Part shown: positions 54,480 through 64,000 of the stretch, in pieces
Layout: each line of letters begins with the position of its first letter
Position numbering within the stretch: position 1 is the stretch's first letter
Translations under genes and position numbers: made by a program
NCBI GenBank assembly: GCA_028534125.1
Contig: CM052817.1
Location: 59,150,001-59,214,000 of the forward strand
Length of the DNA stretch: 64,000 bases
DNA from: Lama glama
Lineage: Eukaryota
Direction of reading: 5' to 3'
The notes under the pieces: model-generated
What the model was told of the DNA's origin: nothing
Databases searched by the model: none
Seen by the model: only the letters and a program-made list of their open reading frames with translations

Positions 54480-54750
54480 AATAATGCCTAACAATTACTG
54501 AGTGATGTTCTATGTATGTAGGCATGATGTTAAATGCTTAACATGAATAAGAAATACACATAAAGTTAAAAATAAAGAAAAAAACAAAAACATGGATTTT
54601 CTTATGTAATCCTCACAACAAGCCTATGGTAGATATTCATATTATTATTCCTATTTTACCTTTGAGAACAATAAGGATTATCAATTTGTCCCCAGGTCAC
54701 ATGGCCAGTAAGAGGCCCAGATGGCTCTATCAGACAGTGCTGTTCTATAT
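54480..54750 (-). mobile_element. MIR SINE (with A-rich interruption)
   Basis: taatcctcacaacaagcctatggtagat...attattattcctattttacc...ccaggtcacatggccagtaag. Confidence 0.7.
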
Positions 54751-54889
54751 AAATACAGAAAAGAGAAAAATTATTTCTATCAGAGTTATTAAGAAAGGTT
54801 TCTAAATAATCTGAGCAATCACCCTATATTCGAAACAGAAGTTTGAGACAGAAAAACAGGACCAGTGTAAGTTATCACAGTGATAATGT

Positions 54890-55130
54890 ACCTGTGTGGC
54901 ACAGAAAATGTGGCCACTGCGCAGCAGCTCTGGAGTGGGAGAAAAGTAACTCTGAACCTTGGCTGCATAGCTTACTGGTTATACAGATCTGGCAAAGCCA
55001 CGGAATTCTATAAATCTTCAGTTTTCTCATATGTGAAAATGTGGCTAATAATTCCTACCACAAAAGGTTAAAGACTAAATTAGATAATATATATGAAAAA
55101 AACCTGTCACAGTATTTCACATATATCATT
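54890..55130 (+). mobile_element. MIR SINE
   Basis: ctctggagt...cttactggttatacagatctggcaaag...cttcagttttctcatatgtgaaaatgtggctaataattcctacc. Confidence 0.7.
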
Positions 55131-55539
55131 TAAAATCTTTCAAATTCATTTTGTCTACTGTAGTCATCCTACAGAATCTGTGTGGGTTCTTAGGCAATTA
55201 GAAAAGCACACGACTATGGCAAGTCACACAAAGCAGACTTACCAGGCGCTGGATTTCTTTACATTTAGAATATCACCACTATGAATAAACGTGCAAACTT
55301 TTCATGGTATTTATAATCCAACTCCTAGAAGTAATTCCCAAGACAGTTGTCTAAGATGTGGTTCACAGGAGTGCTAGGAGCAAGGGCTTAGGGCTACAGT
55401 CACTGGATCTATTCATTTACAATTAAACCTCACAGCTTGGTGTTGAAAGGGTACAAGTTTCTACCAATCTCACGAGGAATAGTTAATTCCCAAATTATTA
55501 TTGTAGAAATTTGAAAAAATCCAAAGCTTCCAAGTACCA

Positions 55540-55915
55540 CTTATAAGATTATTATAAACAGGTTTCCAAATTAAGGAAAAATATAGACCCATTTTACTTA
55601 TAAACAAGAAGCAAAAAGAAAATCCTAGATCCATTTTACTTATGGCCATAGAAGAAAAATAATAAAAGTAAAATATTAGGCAATCGAACCAAAATTAAAC
55701 AAAATATATCATAATCGTGACGACTTCATACCAAGAATGCAAAGATGCATTTTCAACATCAGAAAAATTAATGTAGTCCATCAGAAAAACAATTAGAAAA
55801 AAATCACATATTTAATTAGTGTCTAAAAAAAGTTCTTGATAATGATTAACCGATATTTATGATAAAATACATAGCTAACTAAAATTCAAGGAAACTTCCT
55901 TAAATAAAATATATA
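55540..55915 (+). mobile_element. Very old L1 ORF2 fragment
   Basis: cttcataccaagaatgcaaagatg...ttcaacatcagaaaaattaatgta...ggaaacttccttaa, a decayed RT-region homologue of ~60700-60950. Confidence 0.6.
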
Positions 55916-55924
55916 ATTGAAAGA

Positions 55925-56785
55925 TTATTTCAGCTCCAACTTGTAAAGCTCTTAGAAATTACCATTTCAACCCTGACGGTAAGGAAAAGTTAAACAAACT
56001 GAAAACCAATGATCTCTCATGGACCCAGATCAACACAACTAGGTTGCAAGGCAAACAGTAACCCTGAAATAGGAAAACAATCAAATCTAGAGAATCACAG
56101 CCAAAATCAGTTTTCCTGGAGCAGACACCACTAGAGAGACAATCCGACAGGAATAATACTTAAATTGTAATTTTAATGAATTGTTGGAGTTTGATGAGTA
56201 TAATTGTATAGATGAGTATAAGTGTAAGACACTCACAGGCACACAGTCTTGGGAGGACCTCATACTTTCATGAATTTTACATCCAGGAAATCTACCAAGT
56301 TCATATGAAAAAGATCCGAGAATGATCTCCTCCTGGCCAAGGAGAATAAGAATCATTGTAAAATATGTCCAGAGCATTCTCCCTAACAAAGTCTATTCTC
56401 CAGGAAAAATATTTTACTGCAAATTTATACCATCTAGGGGAAGGGTTTTTCCCACTCCAAACCCCTCTAGCTTTTCTCTTATTAAGGGGTGGGGAGAAGC
56501 TAAGGAATTCTTGTGAAGTTCATAGCCCGGGAAAAAAGGACTGAGATTTTATCATATTACAGAACACTTTCCCTCTCTCACAACTTACCACTGCACCAGT
56601 AGGGCTCCAAAATAACAGTGGATTACAGCTAAAATTGTTGCAAAGTATAGACTCTCTGAAGTGTACTTACAGAAGCCATGGTCAACAAATGAGACCAAAA
56701 CAAGAACACTAGAGGAATTTGAAGCCTCTGGCACCTATCACCACAGAAAATAATAAATAAAGGCCAATCTTATATACCAGAGCAC
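55925..56785 (+). mobile_element. Old L1 (L1MC/MD-type) 5' end fragment
   Basis: ttcagctccaacttgtaaag...aaacaaactgaaaacc...aattgtaattttaatgaattgttggag...gggaggacctcatactttcatgaattttac resembles L1MC/MD 5' ends by recognition. Confidence 0.6.
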
Positions 56786-56789
56786 ATGG

Positions 56790-59700
56790 AAAGATGCATA
56801 GCCCATCCAACAACCCTGTTAACAGTGGCACTTGAACAGAGAGCACAGCCCATGGTTTTCCCTGTCTGCAGAGCAAGGATGGCAACCCCAGCTAACCAGG
56901 ATATTCAGTAGATAATCTTGCCTGATTAGGGTTCCCCAAACATGAGCCATGTAAATCCTGGATTCCATTATGCTGCCTCTGAGAGCAAGGAAGCTAATTC
57001 ATAGTTCTGCCTACTGCTGAGTGTAGTACCCAGTCCTGACCAACTAGAAACCCTGACTAGAGAATCCAGAAGAGTGGTGGTGGAGGTGATGGGAGTGGCA
57101 GAGGCAGTTGTAGCAGAGGAGACAGTGGGCCACCATGACCTCTATGGCAGAAGAGGTGGACGGTGAAGAGGGTCAGTAGGGGTTTAACAAGCTACACCTG
57201 CCTACAGCTGAAGGGACTCACTGCTCTCTCTGAGGACAGATCACAGTGACTTGGGGAAGGAAAGGAAAGGGGGAAACCTAACAAAGAGAACTAAAAATGT
57301 CTGCACAGGGATTCTGGCAAAAGGATGGCCCAAAGACATCTGGGACTACAACTCAAAGATCCCCTTACCAAGCTGTGGGCTCACCCAAAGCCTAAAGTGC
57401 TAAGTACACACCTCAGCCCCGATCTGCCATCAAGCTCTTTTTCTCTCTCTCCAGCTTATTTTACGTGCATTCCCAACCTTAGCACTGAGTCAGCTTTGAT
57501 AAGACAAACCAAAAACGTGTGTTATAACACCACATTCTGGAAAATGAAAGACTCCTAATTACCAATCGGTTGAATTGTTAGAATCTAAGTAAACAAAGCC
57601 TTACCTAAATAAAAAAAAGATGTTCACTACTTCAGATGTAGTGGCAGAGGCACTTTTAATCAAACATTATGAAAAGTCACAATAATAGATATCACAAAAA
57701 AAATGATAATTTTCTAGTAATCAAAGCCAAAGACATGGACTATTGCAATGTAACTGACAGAGAATTCAAAATAGATGTTAAGAAATTCAATGAGCTACAA
57801 CAAAATTCATAAAGGCAATACAGCGATCTCAAAAATGAAATTAATGAGCAGAAGGAGTACTCTATCAAAGAGATTGAAATTCTAAAAAAGAACCAAACAG
57901 AAATTCTTGAGCTGAAGAACTCAATAAATGAGATGAAGAATGCATTAGAAAACACTGGAAATAGGGCAAGTCAGATGGAAGAGAGAATAAGAAAGCTCAA
58001 GGATAGGGATATAGAAATGTTTCCAGTGGAAAGGAGTAAGAACTAAGATTCTTAAAAGTGAAGAAACTCTGAGAACTATCAGACTCCATTAGAAGTGTCA
58101 ACATAAAATTAATGAGTATCCCAGAAGGAGAAAGATGGAAGAAGGGAACAGAGAGCATATTTAAAGAACCAATAGGTGAGAACTTCCCAAACCTGGAGAA
58201 GGAACTGGATATATAAGTCCACGAAGCTAATAAAACACCTTATTATCTCAATGAAAAAAAAAAACACTTTCTACAAGACACATTACATTAAAACTATCAA
58301 AAGTCAACAATAAAGAAATTTAAAGGCAGCCAGGAGAATAAAAGAAGATAGCCTACAAAGGACCTCCCCTTAGGCTATCAGCAGATTTCTCAGCAGAAGC
58401 TCAAGAGAGAATACAATGACATAGTCAAAGATTGAAAGATAAAAATTGTCAGCCAAAAATACTCTGTCAAATGTTCCGTTCAGTCATTAAGGAGAAATAA
58501 AGGCTTTCCCAGACAAAAGCTAAGGGAGTCAGTATGACTAGATCAGCCTTACAAAAAATGTTGAAAGTAGCTCTTTAAATTGAAGGAAAAGTACACAAAA
58601 CTCAGATTTATATGATACATAAGTCAGAATTAGAAAACTGTAACTCTTTTAAGCTGAAAAACATGAAAGTACACAAAACTCAGATTTATATAATATGGTC
58701 AGAATTAGAAAACTCTTTTTTAGAATAGTATATTAAACACTCAATTACAGTATAAAGGATAAAGCAAGGAGCATTAAAAATAACGATAGCTACTACAAAA
58801 ACACAACAAAATCACAGCATAAAAAGAGATCATTGGTGGCATCAAAAATATAAAAAAACAGTAAAAAGATGGCATCTTTATAACAAATGAAGATAAATAA
58901 ATTGCTATCAGCATAAAAGAGACTGTAGGATCTATGAGACGTTCTGTGTAAACCTCATGGTAATCACACAGGGGAGATTGAGCAAATCACCATGGAAAAC
59001 TGCCAAGTTACAAAGGCAGACATAAACAAACAAACAAAAAACCACCAGAGAGACAAAATAACCAGAAGGCAAAAGATAAAATACCCATAGAAAATTCTTA
59101 CATAATAATCTCCCTAAATGTAAATGGACTGAACTCACCAATCAAAAGGCACAGAGTGACTACATGGATTAAAAAAAAAAAGACTCAACTAAATGCTGCC
59201 TACAGGAGAATATTTCAGCTCTAAAGACACATGTAGGCTCGAAGTAAAAGGATTGAAGATAATATTTACAGCAAATGGAAGCCAAAAGAAGGCAAGCACA
59301 GTCATACTTATACTAGACAAAATAGACTTCAAGCCTAAAAGGGCAACAAGAGACAAAGAAGGTCATTATGTAATTATAAAGGTGTCTATACATCAAGAAG
59401 ATATAACTGCCTATAAATAAATACATTTCCAACTCCCAAGCACTGAAAATATGAAGCAAATACGAACAGACTTTAAGGGAGAAATAGACAGCAATACAAT
59501 AATAGGGGACTTGAATACCCCATTAATGGATAGATTGTCCAAATGGAAAATCAACAAATATTGGAAAGAAACCACACATTAGAACAAATGAACTCAATGC
59601 ATATATATAAAACAGTCCATCCAAGAGTAACAGAATACACATTCTCAAGTGCACATGGAACATTCTTCAGGATAGATAATATAACAGGACACAAAACAAA

Positions 59701-61691
59701 TATTAGCAAATTTAAGAAAATTGAAATCATACCAAATTTCTTCTCTGACCACAATGGTATGAAGCTAGAAATCAACAAGAGGAATGTAAGAAGATCTAGA
59801 AATATATGGAAACTAAACAACACACTTCTGAGCAACCAATGAGTCAAAGAAAAGAATCAAAAGGAAACAAAGATTATCTTTAAACAAATGAACAGAAGTA
59901 CAACCTATCAAATATTGTGTGATGCAGCAAAAGCAGTTCTAACTGAAAAGTTTATAGCAATAAACACATATGAAAAATTAGAAAGATCTCACATTAACAA
60001 CCTAACTTTACACCTCAAGGAACCAGAAAAAAAATAACAAAGTAAGCCTGAAATTAGAAGGAAGGAAATAAAGATCACAGTGGAAATAAATGAAATAGAG
60101 ACCAGAAAAACAATAGAACAGACTATTGAAACTAAGAGTTGGTTCTTCTAAAAGATAAACAAAATTGATGAATCTTTAGCTAAACTGACTTAAAAAAAAA
60201 CTCAAATAAATAAAATCTGAAATAAAAATGGAGACATTGTAACTGATACTAGAGAAATATAGAGATTCATGAGGCTACTATGAACAGTTATATGCCAACA
60301 AATTGTATAACCTTGAAGAAATGGATACATTTCTAGAAACACACAATTAAATAAAACTGAATCAAGAAGAAATAGAAAAATCCTAACAGACCAATAATGA
60401 CTAAAGAGAGTGAACCAGTATTCAAAAACTCCCAACACAGAAAGCTCCAGGACCAGACAGCTTCATTGGAGAATTCTACCAAATATTTAAAGAAATAAGA
60501 CCAATATTTATCAAACCCTTCCAAAATATCAAGGAGAAAATAGTTCAGAGTATATTCTATGAAGCCAGCAGTACCTTGACACCAAAACCAGATAAGAATG
60601 CCACAAAACAAACAAACAAAACTATAGCTTAATATCCCTGATGGACTATATCCATCCAATTTGCATCGATATGCAAAAATTCTCAACAAAGTATTAGGAA
60701 ACTGAATTCAAGAACACATTAAAAGAACTGTACACCATAACCAAGTGGGACTTGTCCATATGATGTAGGATGGTTCAACACATGCAAATCAATAAATGTG
60801 AAACATCACATCAATAAAATGAAAGATAAAAATCACATGATTATCTCAATAGACACAGAAAAAGTATTTGATAAAATACAATATCCTTATTTGATAAAAA
60901 TCTTTAACAGATTGGACATAAAAGAAACACACTTTAACATAACAATGGTCATACACAACAAACCCACAGCTAACACTATATTCAATGTAGGAAAATTCAA
61001 AGTATTTTTCAAAAGATCAGAAACAAGGCAAGGATGCCCACTCTCAACTCCTAGTAAAGATATTACTGGAAGTCCTACCTAGAGCAATTAGGCAAGGCAA
61101 AGAAAAGGCATCAAAATCAAAAAGTAAATGTACTATTGTTGCTATTTGCTGATAATATAATCTTATATATAGAATATACCAAAGAGTAAGACAGAAAAAA
61201 AAACTGTTGGAATTAATCAATGATTTCAGTAAAGAGCAGGACACAAAATCAACATAAAAATCAGATGCATTTCTTTATATTAATGATGAAAACATGTGAG
61301 GATGAAATATAGAACACTGTACCCTATCAAAAAGGTAAATTACTTAGGAATCGATTTAACCAAAGAAGTGTAAGATCTGTACAGTGAAAACAAGACATTG
61401 GTAAAAGAAATCAAAGAAGATACAAACAAATCGACAGACATCCTGTATTCATGGAAGAATTAATATTGTTAAAATGATCATACTATCCAAAGCCATCTAG
61501 ACTCAGTGCATTCTCCCTCAAAATACCAAGGGCATTCCTCAAAGAAACAGAAGAAACAATACTAACATTGGTGTGGAATTGCAAAAGGTCTCAAAAAGTT
61601 AATAAATCATGGAAAAAAAGAACAAAGCTAGAGGTATCACAGTTCTAGATTTCAAGCTAAACTACAAAGCCATAATAATAAAAGCAGTATG
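56790..61691 (+). mobile_element. Long decayed LINE-1: 5' UTR part, ORF1 (~57670-58580), inter-ORF, ORF2 EN and RT (~59075-61691)
   Basis: ORF2 start ISLNVNGLNSPIKRHRV (~59107); EN motifs SSAHGTFFRID and FSDHNGMKLEIN; RT motifs HMIISIDTEKVFDKIQ, RQGCPLS and LFADN. Many stops and frameshifts. Interrupted at 61691. Confidence 0.93.
58571..58716. repeat. ~75-78 bp tandem duplication at the L1 ORF1 end
   Basis: aaagtacacaaaactcagatttatat at 58588-58613 and 58666-58691; gtcagaattagaaaact at 58623-58639 and 58698-58714. Confidence 0.85.
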
Positions 61692-63558
61692 AAAGGAAAA
61701 GCTCAAGATGATGGAGTAGGAGAACTCCACTACACCTCCACCCATACCCCTACAAATACATCAAAAAGACATCTACATGTGGAGCAATTCTCACCAAAGA
61801 CAAACCGGCAACTGGCAAAAAGACTCTTACACAACCAGGGCTGTAAGAAAGATCCACAAAAATCTGGGTAGGAAGGAAAGAGAAGCAATCAGGTTGAGAC
61901 CTGTGCCCTTGGGCAGGGACACAGAAGAGCTGGGGGATTACACAAGCTCAAAATTCCTCCCAGGGAGTAAGCAGTTTGAAACACATATCGGGTGCCCCAA
62001 ACCTGGGGTCTGACACCAGGAGGATGAGTCCACTTAGCTGGCTTGAAAACCAGTGGGACTGACAGTGAGGTTACAAGAAACCTAGATTCCCCTCATGAAG
62101 AGCACACACACACTTGCTTACTTCTAAAACAAGGCATAGGAAGCAGACTGAAACTATGGGGTGGGAGAGGGGGCTTCTGGCTAGTTTCCCACAATGACCC
62201 ACCAGTCTCCCCAAACAGCTGAGTGCCTGCTCTGGCCTATCTTGCTCCACAACTCAGCTCCACATAGACACATGCAAAGCATTTGACAAAATTTAACTTC
62301 CACTCATGATGAAAGCTCTAATCAAAGCAAGTACAGAGGGAACATATTTCAGTAAATAAAGACCATTTATGACAAACCCACAGCCACATCATACTCAACA
62401 GTGAAAACCTGAAAGCCTTTCCTCTGAATTCAGGAAGAAGACAGGGATGCTCACTCTTACCATTTCTGTTTCTCACAGTATCGGGTGTCCTGGCCACAGC
62501 AATCACACAAGAAATCAAAGGCATCAAAATTAGAAGAGAATTTGCAGATGACATGATACTTTATATAGAAAACCCTAAAGTCTCTACCCCAAAACCATTA
62601 GAACTATAAGGGAATTAAGCAAAGCTGTGGGATACAAGATTAATATACAGTAATCAGTTGCTTTTCTATACACTAATGAAGAACTACCAGGAGGAGGAAA
62701 AATTTTAAATCCCACTTAAGTCATATCAAAAAGAATAAAATACCTAAGGATAAGCTTAAAAAAGGAAGTGAAAGAGCTATGCTCTGAAAACTATAACTTG
62801 CTGATGAAGGAAATTGAAGATGACAGGAAGAAATGGAAAAATAGCCCATGTTTTTGGATAGGAAGAGTTAATATTGTTAAAATATCTACACTACCCAAAG
62901 AAACCTGAAGATTTAATTTAATTCCTTTAAAAATTGCTGGCATTTTTCTCAGAACTAAAGCAAATAATCCTAAAATTCATGAACAACCAGGTATGTCTCT
63001 GATTTGCCAAAGCAATCTTGAGGAAAAATAAAGCTGGAAGAAACACGTTTACAGTTTTCAGGCTATATTATAAAGCTACAGTGATCTAAACAGCATGATG
63101 CTGGCACAAAAACAGATACACAGATCAATGCAACCAAACAAAGAGCCCCAAAATAAACCCACACACTTACGGTCACTTAATCTATGATAAAAGAGGCAAG
63201 AATATACAATGGAAAAAAGACAATCTCTACTACAAGCAGTGCTGGGAAAATTGGACAGCTACATGTAAAACAATGAAATTAGAACATTACCTCACACCAT
63301 ATACAAAAATAAACTCCAAATGGATTAAACACCTAAATGTAAGACCTGAAGCCATAAAACTCCTATAAGATAATAACTGTAAAATACTCTGACACAAATC
63401 AGAGCAATAGTTTTTGGTTATGTGTCTCAAGGCAAAAGAAATAAAAGCAAAAATAAACAAATATGACCTAAATAAACTTAAAAGCTTTTGCACAGCAAAG
63501 GAAATATTTGACAAAACAAAAAATCAACCTACAGAATGGGAGAAAATATTTGCAAATG
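61692..63558 (+). mobile_element. Nested LINE-1: 5' UTR (~61692-62265) joined directly to ORF2 RT and C-terminal region (~62270-63558)
   Basis: The 5' end ctcaagatgatggagtagg...tctacatgtggagcaattctcac is homologous to 21240-21600. It is followed by aaagcatttgacaaaattt..., RQGCSL and FADDMILY. Confidence 0.88.
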
Positions 63559-64000
63559 ATAACTACAATAATCTGTTTAGTTATGTAATATAAAGCATTA
63601 TGTAAATTTTAACATTAATAACCTAAAATGTTAAAGGGAGGGGAGGTAGAAGTGTAAAGCTTAAGAATTCTATTGAAGTTAACTTGTTATTGATTTCAAA
63701 TATGGTGTTAAAAGTTTAAGATATTTTATGTAGCTTCATGGTAACCAAAATGAAAAGATTATAGTAATTATACAAAAGAACATAGTAAAGAAATCAAAGC
63801 ATACTGATATCACAAGACATCAAAGCACACACACACAAAAAATCATGATAAGTAACAAGAAATAATGGGTCTAAAAACAACTAGGAAACAGTTGACAAAA
63901 CAGAAATAGTAATTGTATTGAATGTAAATTGATTAAATTATCCAATGAAAAGACATTAAATGGCTGAATGGATTAAAAAAAGATCCAAGGATATGTTGCC
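63559..64000 (+). mobile_element. Another old L1 inter-ORF region and ORF2 start; continues past the window
   Basis: ttcatggtaaccaaaa...ttgaatgtaaattgattaaattatccaatgaaaagac...tggctgaatggattaaaaa (decayed LNVNGLNSPIKR...AEWIK). Confidence 0.8.

Noticed and set aside
59193..61082. Active L1 ORF2
   Set aside because: Split into short frames by many stops and frameshifts; the catalytic motif has decayed to FADN.
1..64000. A novel multi-gene system (operon, CRISPR array, defence island, retron-like RT)
   Set aside because: The sequence is mammalian intron and intergenic DNA. There is no repeat-spacer array or gene cluster, and all RT/endonuclease motifs belong to disrupted L1 ORF2.

Overview
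AT-rich, repeat-dense placental mammal genomic DNA, not prokaryotic. It is probably camelid (cetartiodactyl), judged by recognition of the young L1 3'-UTR sequences. The only supportable coding sequence is the terminal coding exon of CCSER1 (FAM190A) on the + strand (44639-45124), followed by a ~2.7 kb 3' UTR. On that reading 1-44638 is the 3' part of a very large last intron and ~47.9-64 kb is downstream flank. The rest is decayed transposable-element sequence (L1 of several ages, L2, MIR, CR1/L3, Tigger, MER20/MER5, MaLR/ERV LTRs). Almost all other ORFs in the track are chance or L1-derived. I found no evidence of a novel multi-gene system. The most unusual structures are a 246-bp, ~97% identical inverted repeat (28192-28437 / 29624-29869) inside the intron, an ORF1-only 3'-truncated L1 with a possible decayed TSD, a 92-bp L1 tail with a perfect 14-bp TSD, and L1s in which 5' sequence is joined directly to distal ORF2. 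Repeat family names come from memory of consensus sequences, and repeat boundaries are approximate unless a TSD or TIR is quoted.
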